A stretch of 64,000 nucleotides of DNA, from assembly GCF_016432865.1 (NCBI RefSeq), contig NC_067403.1, forward strand, positions 254,076,001 to 254,140,000, read 5' to 3'. The stretch comes from Antechinus flavipes. Taxonomy: Eukaryota. The notes beneath the pieces are model-generated. The model saw only the letters and a list, made by a program, of their open reading frames with translations. It was not told the DNA's origin and searched no databases. Shown in pieces: positions 22,987-33,599 of the stretch. Positions within the stretch are counted from its first letter, which is position 1; each line of letters begins with the position of its first letter. The position numbers were made by a program, and so were the translations under genes.

Positions 22987-23294
22987 ACAATGGGACTGAG
23001 CCAGAATATATGGTGCAGGGCTCCTCAAAAACAGATCCAGGGATCACACCCACCTGTCCCACCCCAGGTCACCACACAGAATTGATGGAACAAAGTCAAA
23101 GAGAATTCAAAAGTTTATTTGCAAACAATGTAATGGGGGGAGGGGTCCAGAAAGAGTGAATGCCATCTGTCTGCAGGGCTCCCACATTCATCTTCTCATA
23201 TAGCAGTTCCTTCAAAGAAAAAAAAAAAAAAAAAAAAAAGGCCCATGAGGACAGGCACTCTCCCAAATGGACCCTTAGAGGATCAAACCAGAGG

Positions 23295-23420
23295 CCCCTC
23301 AGTCAGTTCCCTCTGGAACGCAGTCTCCTCCTGCCTCCCAGCCTGCCCCAGTGGGTTCAACCTTTGCAGGTTCTGGGGCAAGGTCAAGGAGTAAGACAGG
23401 TGATGTCTTCTTCATTGGGA
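23295..23420 (-). ncRNA. SNORD22: C/D snoRNA U22, copy a (intron 10)
   Basis: TCCCAATGAAGA...TGTCTTAC...GAACCCACTGGG...GTTCCAGAGGGAACTGACTGAGGGG, 126 nt, collinear with recalled human U22. Confidence 0.93.
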
Positions 23421-23593
23421 TCCTCATTGATCTATCACTCCCCCCCAGGATCCCATGGCAAACACTTACCTGCAGAAGTTTCCTGCCCACTGCCAGCATC
23501 AGAGGTTTCACCTGTGGAAAAGAAAAAAACTTGAAACCTCCTGAAGCCCTGTCTTTAGGTACCCAAGGATGCCAGGTCCCAGGGGCGAGCTTG

Positions 23594-23658
23594 CCACTCA
23601 GAACAACCTATCAGTCACAGTCATCAGACTGGGGCGGTATTAATCTCATCACTAGTGG
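23594..23658 (-). ncRNA. SNORD31: C/D snoRNA U31 (intron 9)
   Basis: C box GTGATGA, guide AATACCGCCCCAGT before D' CTGA, D box CTGA, terminal stem CCACT/AGTGG. Confidence 0.93.
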
Positions 23659-23845
23659 GAGCAGGCCTTTGGGCAGGAGGCAGACTGCAGCCTACTGCTG
23701 GAAGGGGAAGCTCACCTGCTGCCAAGGATGAGGATCCTGTACTTGTGTCCTGCTCCATGACAAGCGGCCAGAACCTGAAACGAGTTGGTTTGTTATTGTT
23801 CCCCCAGCCTCGCAAGGCCAGTTTTGCCCCCAGTGGCCCTCCATT

Positions 23846-23917
23846 TCCTGGTCAGATAGGTACATCTCAACAAGGGGGTTCAGCCGAACGAGATTCTAGG
23901 AACACATCATATCAGGA
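23846..23917 (-). ncRNA. SNORD30: C/D snoRNA U30 (intron 8)
   Basis: Guide GAATCTCGTTCGG plus D' CTGA, variant C box ATGATGT, D box CTGA, stem TCCTG/CAGGA. Confidence 0.9.
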
Positions 23918-24110
23918 GACTTTTAGCATAGAGCTTCCCATCGCCATTCCCATCAATTTATTTAGGGCCCCATCAAACACTTACATTGGACCAAGTGGCT
24001 TCACACTACGTGCCAGGAATCTCCTTTAGGCAGCTCTTCAAAGCACCTATAGAAAAACAAGGTCAGTCAGGCCCTGCCCTTACCCACAGGCCACATTTCC
24101 CCTGGGTACA

Positions 24111-24180
24111 GTTTCTCAGATGTTCAAGCCTTTTCATTTTATATGAATCATAGTGAGCTAGTTAGATTCATCACTGAAAC
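24111..24180 (-). ncRNA. SNORD29: C/D snoRNA U29 (intron 7)
   Basis: C box GTGATGA, guide AACTAGCTCACT before ATGA, D box CTGA, stem GTTTC/GAAAC. Confidence 0.93.
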
Positions 24181-24414
24181 TGAACCCCAAGATGTTCCCC
24201 AAAGACCAAAATGAATCAACCACTTGGGGAACCTTCTAACCCTGGTTAGAAGGGAACCTAACCCTTCTTGGGGTTAAGAAATAACCAACTAACCTTTTCT
24301 TGAGAAACTGCCAGTTAAGGGGAGGGAGTCATGGTCGAGCCTAAAAGAGAAATGTCCAGTTTAACCAAGCTGCCTCCTTCCAAATCAACTGAGCTTTGTA
24401 TTGTCTTAAGGGTG

Positions 24415-24540
24415 TACCTCAGACTGTTCCTTCTGGAACAAAGCATCCTCCTCTCCCCCAGCCAGCCCCAGTGGGTTCACCATTGCTGGCTCTGGGGCCA
24501 GGTCTGGGGTTAAGACATGTGATTGCTTTCCTCATCGGTA
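24415..24540 (-). ncRNA. SNORD22: C/D snoRNA U22, copy b (intron 6)
   Basis: TACCGATGAGGA...CACATGTCTTA...GTGAACCCACTGGG...TTTGTTCCAGAAGGAACAGTCTGAGGTA, 126 nt, stem TACC/GGTA. Confidence 0.9.
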
Positions 24541-24698
24541 CCAGGGGGATCCCAAAGCCTATGAGTCTCAGAGACTACTTACCATGGTGATCTCATCCCG
24601 AGGCAGCCATAATCAGCATTCCCCTGACAGATAAAACAGTAATTGGGTTAGGAAATGCCTTAAGCAAGGACGGCTAAGGGGGCGCTGTAGTCCCCTAT

Positions 24699-24791
24699 GG
24701 TTGATCAGGGCTTTGGTGACTCAAAAGAATGCCATAAGACACATGTCGTCCATTAGATAATGGGCTCATACCCACATCATCAACTCAAACC
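24699..24791 (-). ncRNA. Additional C/D snoRNA in SNHG1 intron 5 with a 14-nt 18S rRNA guide (not U22 or U25-U31)
   Basis: C box TTGATGA (24783-24777), D box CTGA (24708-24705), bulged terminal stem GGTTTGA/TCAACC. Guide GAGTCACCAAAGCC abuts box D and is complementary to 18S GGCUUUGGUGACUC. The 3' end lies 75 nt before the 3' splice site. Confidence 0.8.
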
Positions 24792-24959
24792 AAGGGTTCA
24801 CAGATAGGCAAGGCAAATGGCGCGGGACTCCGAAGGAGAACTTACTTAGTAAGGAGAAAGGTGAAGGTAGCACGATCTGGGAGATCTGGGAGAGAGGGAG
24901 GGAAATGGGTGGGTCAGAGGGCCCAAGGCTGAGGCAGAAACTGTTGGACCAACAGGAGC

Positions 24960-25036
24960 TGCCATCAGAACTCTAACATGCTTTAAGAATGCTGGTCCTC
25001 ACAGAGCCTCAGGAGGTAGGATTCAAATCATCTGAC
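24960..25036 (-). ncRNA. SNORD28: C/D snoRNA U28 (intron 4)
   Basis: GTCAGATGATTTGAAT...AGCATGTTAGAGTTCTGATGGCA; both ends match recalled human U28. Confidence 0.93.
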
Positions 25037-25234
25037 AGGGCTTCAGTAATTGAGAGGCTCCCTCCCCATGGCTTGGCCCTCCAGGCCACCCTTGTCCATC
25101 CATCCTCAGTCTGCCTTAATTACCTGTGGCACTTTCAGGTCCTGTCCCTGGAGAAACCTAAAAAAAAAAAAAGGAAATAAGGTGTTACCCTCTGTAGTCG
25201 CTGGGGTTCCCCCTTCAGCGCCAGCAGAGGCCGC

Positions 25235-25307
25235 CCACCTCTCAGAAAAAAAGATGACATCAACAATACTCAGCCATATGCTTGTCATTAAAAATTCATC
25301 ATTGTGG
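25235..25307 (-). ncRNA. SNORD27: C/D snoRNA U27 (intron 3)
   Basis: C box ATGATGA, guide AATGACAAGCATATGG plus CTGA (18S Am27), C' TGATGT, D box CTGA. Confidence 0.93.
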
Positions 25308-25513
25308 ACATTCATTAGGTGGCCCAGACCGTTCCCTAAGTGCTACTCACCAGAAGTGGACGCCAGTCGCCTCCATCCCGGCTCTAGGGCCCGCGACACC
25401 TGAGGAGAGAGCAGCTCCTAGTCTTCCTGGCCCAGCCCTGCGCACACCCCTGGCCCTCCCCACCCCAGGCCCCCCTGGGGTGACTCCATTAGGCCACTGG
25501 GACCCTGGGTGAG

Positions 25514-25588
25514 GCTGCTCAGGACGTAAGGCTTTCTCCACTGATGCATCAGAAAGAGAGAATTCAAAGTCCAGATCATCCTCGCAGC
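25514..25588 (-). ncRNA. SNORD26: C/D snoRNA U26 (intron 2)
   Basis: GGATGATC...TTCTCTCTTTCTGATG...AGTGGAGAAA...CTGAGCAGC, collinear with recalled human U26. Confidence 0.9.
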
Positions 25589-25762
25589 TCACCCACGGAG
25601 ATACCCCTCCCCTAGCCCCGAGCAGTGGCTCCCCCCACTCACCCGAGGCATGGGAACATCCGGGCACCCCGCACCTTGCTCAGCCATGGCGCCCTGCAGA
25701 AGAAACAGCCAGTTAAGAAGGGACTGGGAACCCCCGGAGGGAAGGGGCAGGGGGCGCAGGCT

Positions 25763-25832
25763 CCTTCTCAGAAGGTTTTCTTTTCCTCACAGAGTCTCAG
25801 CACAGGTCTGTGAAAGGGATCATCACCGAGGG
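25763..25832 (-). ncRNA. SNORD25: C/D snoRNA U25 (intron 1)
   Basis: C box GTGATGA, guide TTTCACAGACCTGT before CTGA (18S Gm1490), C' GTGAGGA, D box CTGA. Confidence 0.93.
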
Positions 25833-26206
25833 GCCTCGCCCCCACCCCTCCCGGGAACCATCCGTTACTAGCGTGGGTGCGCCTAAGGGCAGCTCCGGCG
25901 CCTAACCTAGCAGATGCGCCCGGCACAGGGGGAGCCCCAATTAAGGGCTGTCTGCACAGCGCTCGGCCCCCATGCCCTGGCACCGGCCTTCCCGGAGATT
26001 GGGTGGTGCGCATGCGCGCCAGGTTAGAAGGGGGGGCGGCTGCGGCGTCCTCAGAGACCCCGGGGAGGGCCCGCTTATTTAGAGAAAGAAGTAGTTAAGA
26101 GAAAGAAACCCATAGAAGCCGAACGAAACTAAGTTCAAAATGTGTCCTCCCTCACCTACCCGCCAAAAAGCCACAAGTAACTCACTCACCGCTGGCGACA
26201 AAAGAG

Positions 26207-26566
26207 GACGAACGAGTGGCGGCGAGGGGCTTAAATAACGGCTCGCAAGGGCTCATGGGATGGTGGAGGCGAGGGAGGGAGCGGGAAGACGGGGCGCATG
26301 CGCATTAGCCCTTTCTCGGCGTGAGCGCACGAGATCTCGAGAGGAAGAACAAAGAAGAGATCGCCGGAGGCTCACGCCGAAGGCTTCTAGGCAGTTGGGG
26401 GTCCGGTGAGGAGGGGCTCACGCGGCCCCTCTATCACACGAGCAGCGCGTGGGCATGCGCGCAAATACGTACATGCGCGCATGCGCATAGGTTGGCGGCC
26501 CCGAGTGCCCGCCTGACATGCGCAGTTGTTTTCTTCTGTGGCGGGTACTCTAGGAGGACAGACACT
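26207..26566. promoter_or_regulatory. Bidirectional SNHG1/SLC3A2-distal CpG-island promoter
   Basis: NRF1 palindromes GCGCATGCGC at 26294-26303 and 26477-26486 (also 26008-26017), tctcgaga at ~26335, TATA-like element at 26231-26237. Confidence 0.8.
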
Positions 26567-26675
26567 ATGGATCGCCTGACTCAATCCCCCCAGCTCAAGT
26601 TCAGCTTCCCCCGGCCGCGGGCGGTAGTGCGCTTCCTGGGCCTCAGGGACCGGGGCTCCAGAGCCCGTGGCTCAG
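26567..26675 (+). CDS. SLC3A2: Putative distal first coding exon of the long SLC3A2 isoform (36 codons + 1 nt)
   Basis: ATG 26567, MDRLTQSPQLKFSFPRPRAVVRFLGLRDRGSRARGS, donor TCAG|GTACTT (phase 1). Joins in frame to the phase-1 acceptor at 42429. Position head-to-head with SNHG1 and exon length resemble the recalled human/mouse distal exon, but the sequence is not recognisably conserved. Confidence 0.55.
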
Positions 26676-27019
26676 GTACTTGGGCCCCTGCGGGGGACGC
26701 GAAGCAGCCGCGATGGGAACGGAGCGGTCGGGAGCTTGCCCCGCCCCTCCTGAGCCCGGCCCTCGGCGTGCAGGCCTCCCCGCCCTCGTGCCCTTCCTCC
26801 GCAGTTCTGTCCACCAGCCCTTTGCCCAGGTCGTGGCCCCTTCCGGGTCCCTGCCTCGGGGAACCCCGCGCAGTAGCACCCACAAGCATTCCCAAAAGCC
26901 CGGGGGCCCACCCTTGCCAAGGCAGCCTAGTATTTCCCTCCCTCTGGGGTCTGCAGCATGGGGCCACCTTGGGCTTCCGGAGCCAGCTCCACCGCCAGAC
27001 CCCCGCCCTGCATCTCCCC

Positions 27020-27570
27020 CCTGCCGTTCTTCTCTATCTCCTCTCTCTCTCTCTTTGTGACTCTGTCTCTCTGTAACTCTCCCTGTCTTTGTTTCTCTCT
27101 CTCCTGTGTCTCTCTTGCCTCTCTCAACCTCTGTCTCTATCTCCCTGTTTCTCTCCTCTATCTCTCTCTTACTCCCTGTTTCTCTCCCTTTGTCTCTTTC
27201 CTCTGTATCTCTCCTTTTGTGTCTCCGTTTCTCCCCTTTCTGTGTGTTTTCCTCCTCTATCTGCCTTTCTTCTGTATCATCTCCCCCTGTTTCTCTCTTC
27301 TCTTTGTCTCTCCTCTGTATCTCTCCCTCTCTGTCTCTTATTACTCCCCTTTATCTCTGTATTTCTCTGTTTCCCTATCTCTGTCTCTGTCTCTGTCCGT
27401 TTCTCTGTCTCTCCATCTGTCTGTTTCTATCCCTTTGTCTGTGAATCTCTCCCTCTGTGTCTGTTTGTCTAGATCTCTCCCTCTACTTTTTCTCTCTGTC
27501 TCCTCTCTATCTCTCCCTATTTCTTTCTCCTTGTCTCTCTCCTCTCTCTCCCTGTCTCTGTCTCTTGTTA
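27020..27570. repeat. Pyrimidine-rich (CT/CTCTGT) low-complexity tract
   Basis: About 550 nt of nearly pure C/T with scattered G/A. Confidence 0.95.
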
Positions 27571-27779
27571 GCAGTGATCTCCTAATCAGATGGATAACGG
27601 CCTTTTCTTTCCTGGCTTCTCTTCAGCGCTGATGGCTCTTCTCCTGGACACTCCTTTTTTCTCCTGATTTTTGCCTCAGCTCCTCTCCTCTTCCCCCCTC
27701 CTTTACTTTCCCTCCCCGCAGTCTCCCTCGGGGCTCCTTGTCTCCTCCTCTTCCCTTTCCCTTGCTCAGCCAGATCATT

Positions 27780-28450
27780 CCCAGGGCTTCCATTGCCATC
27801 TCTGAGCAGGTGATTTGGAAGCTCGGCCAGGCCTCCTCCTGGCTTCCAGTCTCACCTCCTCAGCAGCCTATTGAACTGGAGACATCTTAAACGCAACGTG
27901 TCCAAAACTCGATATTTTCCACCAAATCTCCGGGAGGAGCTTCTCTTTAGTGCCAAAGGCACTGCATCTTCCCAGGCTTGAGAGCAGCCGGTCCTCAGGG
28001 CTTCACCATCTCCCATCCCCCACATCCCAAGTCTCCCAGCACTGGCCCTCACTCTGTTACACAGTGGCTCCCAGCTGCCTCCAGGGTCTAGGAGAAAGAA
28101 AGCCCCTGTTGGACTTTTAAAGCCCATTGTGATCTGGCTCTTCCTCACCAGCGACAGTGACACCCGCCTCTGGGCTATTCCCCAGACAAGGCACCCGTCC
28201 TCCTGGCTCCAGTTTTCACTGGTGGTCCCCTCAGAACGCTTTCCTTCCTCGTCTCCTCCTGGCTCCCTTCAGATCCCATCAAAAATCACACCTCCAGAAA
28301 ACCTCTTAAATCTTTTCCCGTGGAACCATCCTTTCTATAAGACATCTGCGCATTAGCAGGAGTGTCATTTGCCATTTTTTTTGTCTCTAGCCCTTCGAAC
28401 AATCCCTGGCACATAGGAGGTGCTTCATAAATTGTTTATTTGAATTCACT
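27780..28450 (+). mobile_element. Degenerate L2 3' fragment
   Basis: catcttaaacgcaacgtgtccaaaactcg...tttgtctctagcccttcgaacaatccctggcacataggaggtgcttcataaattg, L2 3'-end-like. Confidence 0.65.
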
Positions 28451-28649
28451 TCATCTCTTCAGATGAAATTCAAAAAGCTACAAATCCCAGACCTTTCTTT
28501 CCTCCCTCTTTTGAGTCCTCTGCAGTCTGGCTTCCAGGCTCATTACTAAACTGAAGCTATTTTCTCCATCATCCTTGATGATCTGTGGTCTTTAGAACTG
28601 CCTGAGACACAATTTCTGGGTAATTTAATCATCTTATTAATAATGTCCA

Positions 28650-29625
28650 CTTTTTTTTGAGCGTAGGAAAAGTTTTATTTTTATTATTATTATTATTAAA
28701 GCTTTTTATTTACAAAACATGCATAGGTAGTTTTTTCAACATTAACCTTTGCAAAACCTTTTGTTCCAAATTTTCCCCTCCTTCCCCCCATCCCCTAGCT
28801 GGTAGGTAGTCCAATGCATGTTAAATGTGTTAAAATACATGTTAAATCCAATATAGGTATACATATTTATACAGTTATCTTGCTGCACAAGAAAAATCAG
28901 ATCAAGAAGAAAGGAAAAGAAAAACTGAGAAATAAAAGAAAATTCAAGCAAATAATAACAGAGTGAGAACACTATGTTGTGGTCCATACTCTATTCCCAA
29001 GGTTCTCTCTCTGGCTGTAGATGGCTCTCTTCACCGAACAAGTGGGACTGCTCTGAATCTTCTCATTGTTGAAGAGAGCCACATCCATCAGAATTGATCC
29101 TCCTACAATCTTGCTGTTGCCATGTACAACGATCTCCTGGTCCTGCTCATTTCTCTCAGCATCAGTTCCTGTCAGTCTCTCCAGGCCTTTCTGAAATCTT
29201 CCTGCTGGTCATTTCTTACAGAACAATAATATTCCTAACTTTCATATACCATAACTTAGCCATTCTCCAATCGATGGGCATCTACTCGGTTTCCAGTTTC
29301 ATCTCTTTGGAATATAGGCTCAATAGAAACACTGCTGGATCGAAGGGTTTGCACAGTTTGATAACTTTTTGAACAGAGTTCCAAATTGCTCTCCAGAATG
29401 CCTGGATCTGTTCACAGTTGCACCAACAATGTATCCCAGTTTTCCCACATCCCTAGCATTCGTCATTATTTTTTCCCGTCATCTTAGCCAATCTGAGCGC
29501 TTTATGAAGTTGCCTTAATTTGCATTTCTCTGATCAATAGTGATTTGGAGCACCTTTTCATATGACTACAGATAGTTTCAATTTCTTCTGAAAATTGTTC
29601 ATATCCTTTGACTGGTCTCAATTAG
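28650..29625 (-). mobile_element. L1 3' end
   Basis: Reverse complement of the marsupial L1 3' region, ~1 kb. Confidence 0.9.
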
Positions 29626-30559
29626 AGAATGAATTGAATACCCACATTTTAATAAAAGCATAGTCATTTGATCTCTTAGATCAAAGACAAGTTGGTGGAC
29701 TCCTGGCTCATGGTGCCCTTCCCCCTTCCCCTTCCCCGCCCAAATCAAAACTGATTGTTAACAATTAATGAGAGAGTAATTTAACTCATTTAAATGAACT
29801 TTGATTACATCTAGTACTTCTAAATCAGCCAGACTGGGCAATCTATTCAAAGAATTTCATCTTCATCCAAACCAGATCAGAGTACAAGGAGGGGGAGGGG
29901 GTGCTGAATAAGACCCTTAAGAAAGTCCAATCTCCTTAAGAGTAATATCCTTCAAAAGACTGAACTTTTGAGATCAGGACTTTAGAAAGAGGGAGAAATT
30001 CTTGATCTCCCCAAATCATTAGCTATTAATAGTCATTTCTCTTAGATCTCGTTGCCAAATTCAATGCTCTTTTTCCATTTCTCACCTTTTAGACTGAAAT
30101 GGACAAATAGCCCTCCTCTCCCCTCCTTTCCGCCTCGAGCCAGCAGAAGAAAGTGAGGTCTGCTAGATTGGGGGATTTCTTCTGCACTCCAAAAGGCCGG
30201 CTCAACAATATCCTTAAGGATATCTGTTCCGAGAGGGTGGTACCTGAAACCATCTATCTATGTTAATGCCCTGGTGGGATGTCTCCTCTTATCCTATAAA
30301 ACCCCCTATCTTCCTGTTGTAAAATGTGAATCACAGATTAAAATGTAACAAGCTCTAACAAAAAATGTTTATAAGGCTGTCTTTAGGTCTGTCCCGAGCT
30401 CGGTACCAAATAAATTCTAAATCTTCCTCATTGGCTGTCTTGAATTTTATTGCCTGGGCTATTTCAAGACCTCCAAGGTTCTTATTCCACCTTTCTCTAA
30501 GACTGTCTGCCTTCGATCCCCCTTCTGGGTCTCCTCTGGCTACTATTTGGTCTCCTCTG

Positions 30560-31770
30560 ACTGAAACTTCAGCCTCCTCATGCATGTCACCCCGGAGTTT
30601 TCTTCCTATAGCTCGGATGGGCTCCTATCTGCTGATGACTCCCCAGTCAATGTTTCCCACCCCCATTTCTCTTTGCAGTCCTCTTCTCTCACTGGCAGCT
30701 GCTTTCTGGGCACCTCAAACTCAACCATATCTAAAATAAAATTCTTTTTCTTTCCTGCCCTCCTCTTCCTCAAATGTCCTAATACCAGCATCCTCTCAGT
30801 TACCCACATTCCCGACCTCTGTGTCTTTTCCCTCCCATCTTGTTTTTTACCTTAATACTTCCCATTTATGTCCCTGTCTCTTGCCACATCTCTCTCTGCC
30901 TTCCTAGTTCGGGCCGGGCTCACCTGCACTGCTCCAATAGTCGGGCTTTGGTGGGCTTGTGTTCCCCATTCCAATCCATCCTTTGATCAAAAAGTATATT
31001 TTCTACACTTTCTTCTCAGGTCAGCCCTTTCTCCTCCCCCACTTAATATATACTCTAGTGCCTCAAACATAAAACCTTCTTTTTGGCCTTTAAAGCCCTT
31101 GGCGGAGGTTTTAGTCTTTGTTTTGGCCTTTCTTCCCTTCCCTTCCCTTCCCTCTGGATATTCTTTGATGGAACAATGGGCTCCCGATGTTTCTTCCTCT
31201 TCCCACTCCTAGTATTTGCATTGGCCAGCCTTCATGTCCTGGCCTACAGTGTCTCCCTCAGCCTCTGAGCTTTTCCAGTCTTCTCCCACCCAGATTATGC
31301 TCCCTTTGTAGTATGTGGTCTCCTAGGAGCCTTTTGTCCCTTATTGGAAGGAGAATAAAAAGTGGCTGTGTTTGTCTCCCCAACTCAGATCTCACCAAGG
31401 TTGATGCCATGTCTTGTCTCTGTCCCCCACGATCTCAGCAGCTCCCTTGGGTTTGATTATCATCTCTGGGCAGTCGATTCCCACAACCGTCTGTTCAGCC
31501 CCAGTTCAGGGCCCTCATCTCCAAACTCTCGGGCAGCTGATGGTAAGTGCCATGCTGAGAGCATCAGGCCTGGACTCAGGAAGACTTGAGGCCTCAGATA
31601 ATTACTAATTGTGTGACTCTGGGCAAGTCATTTCACTCCTGATTGGCTCAGTTTCCTCAACTATAAAATAGAGATCTAAAGTCACCTAGCTCTCAGGATT
31701 GTTGTGAGGGTCAAATTAAATATATTTATAAAGCACTTATCACTGTCTGGTAGGGAGTAGGTGCTTTCTA
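30560..31770 (+). mobile_element. L2 fragment followed by a MIR
   Basis: L2-like ctcaaactcaaccatatctaaaataaaattc...; MIR core at ~31560-31760 (ctctgggcaagtcatttc...ctcagtttcctcaactataaaat). Confidence 0.6.
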
Positions 31771-32439
31771 AATGTTTCTTCCTTTATCTAGATGTCCTGT
31801 AAGCTTCTCACCCAAATCTATCCCTCTAACTCTCCTGTAGAAGACATGCCCTCCCTTTCAGCCTCCCAGCATCCTTCACTCCTTCTCCCTCTCACTCCAT
31901 CCCCATTATTCTACTCAGTTCCCAAAACTCACTGGTGCTGCCTGGGGAACAGTTGTCACATTTGTCCCCTTTTCCACAACTCCAAAGTCACCACCGCTCT
32001 CTGAGCTACTGCCCTCACTCCTGGGGTGGTCTCCCTGCCTTTCCCTCTTCACTCTGTCCTCCATCCAGCTGCCTCCAAGTTTCTGGTGTTATCAAGCTAT
32101 TTGAAACCTTGACTTTGTCCTTCCCTGTCCCTCTCAAAAGGAATCCTTGATTATTTAAATTTTTTTTTATTAACACAACTTTTAACGATTGGGTTTGTTA
32201 AGTCATTTATGTCCTCTCCGCTGATTTGTATCCCAGCCTTTAATTCCAGTTTCAGATTATTGTTATGTGCTTGTTATATACTTCTCTGGTCACTGGGGCG
32301 TGGATAGTACTGGGTTGGAGTTTGCTTCACTCTGTGACATTTCAATAATACCTCCAATAATACCTTCAATAATATACCCTTGTATATTAATTCTCATACA
32401 ACTTTATAAAGAAATCTTTACCCCTACCTCTTCCAGAAG

Positions 32440-33200
32440 GAGTCAGGAGAGTATATTAGCCTTGTTTTATTTTTTAAATATTTTTGTGTTAAAAGGCATT
32501 TATTTTCTCTCCTCACATTCTTCCCATTGGAAAAATAAAAAATAATAACAAAAAAATATTGTAACAAATATGCTTAATCAAACAAAACAAATTCCCCCAA
32601 ATGGCTGTTTTCTTCTGCTTCTTGAGGCCCTCTTGTGAGGCGGTGGAGAGCGGATTTCTTCTCTGGTCCCTTGAAATTGTGGTTGATAATTGCATTAATC
32701 AGAGTTCTGAAGTCTCTCAAAGCCGTTTGTCTTTATGATATTGTTGTTACTGTAATAAATTGCTCTCTTGGTTCTTCTAACTTCACTCTATATCACTTCG
32801 TACAAGTCTTTCCAGAATTCTCTGAAGTCTTTTTTAAAAATCATTTCTTATGGTATAATTTCAGTTCATGAGAATTTGTTCAGTTGTTTGTTCATTAATT
32901 CCTGGCTACCCCATTAATTTCCAGTTCTTTGCCACTACAAAAAGAGCTATTTTACATAATTATATGTATACATATGTATACATATATAAAATGTGTTTAT
33001 ATACACATCTCTATCAATATTCTTTGTCCTCTTTTTTTTTAATCTTTAGATCAGTGGTATAGTTGGGGTAAAGAAAATACACAACTCAATAATGTTAATT
33101 TGGGGCAGAGCTCCAAAGTGACTAGACTCTTTTCAGTTCCACCAACAATGCAGGAGTGCACCTGGTTTCCCACAGCTCCTCCAACCTTTAACTGCAACTA
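32440..33200 (-). mobile_element. Older L1 3' fragment
   Basis: Diverged reverse-complement L1 motifs (ccagttctttgccactacaaaaagagct); approximate. Confidence 0.65.
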
Positions 33201-33599
33201 TTTTCTTCATTAACTTTGTCATTAAGTGTGAGATGAAACTTCAATACAACTACTTTCTCAAGATTATAGCCCAGTAATTTTTTTAAAACAAATGTATCAA
33301 GTAAATCAGCACAGAACATTTTTTCTTTCAAGCATGTGACACACCCCATCAGTCAATAAATATTTATTAATCACCTACTGTTTATCAGATCCAAGAAAAC
33401 TAAAATTTTCTACCAGCCAGCACTTACTGTCATGTGTGAACCCACAAATGGAGTGGATAAGTTCACCTTGGCAATATATACTTTTCAAGGATGTACACAT
33501 ATGGGATGAAGTGAACATACATATTGACAGAGCTAGCTCAGTGTTTGGGAGGCTCCAAAGAAAAGTGTGAGAAAGAAGTATTAAGGTGCTTACCAAGCT

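Larger units (their letters stand above)
23095..26206 (-). ncRNA. SNHG1: snoRNA host gene SNHG1/UHG (5'TOP lncRNA), 11 short exons
   Basis: Exons 26190-26206 (TOP start CTCTTTT; TATTTAA at about -25 to -31), 25643-25693, 25351-25437, 25124-25157, 24846-24885, 24583-24623, 24294-24340, 23985-24046, 23716-23774, 23470-23511, ~23095-23209 (AATAAA 23119-23114). All GT-AG; each of the 10 introns holds a C/D snoRNA ending ~63-84 nt before the 3' splice site. Confidence 0.9.

Noticed and set aside
24672-24690. CTCF-like ggctaagggggcgctg in SNHG1 intron 5
   Set aside because: Mismatch in the core, and it overlaps the branch-point/snoRNA spacer region.
26321-27076. 251-aa ORF over the SNHG1/SLC3A2 promoter
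   Set aside because: Starts at GTG in a CpG island; only 26567-26675 is supported, as a spliced exon.
26958-27632. 224-aa hydrophobic-looking ORF
   Set aside because: Translation of the CT microsatellite-like tract.
30189-30199. 11-nt match to the U2 snRNA 5' region (ccaaaaggccg)
   Set aside because: Flanks do not extend; chance match inside LTR-like sequence.
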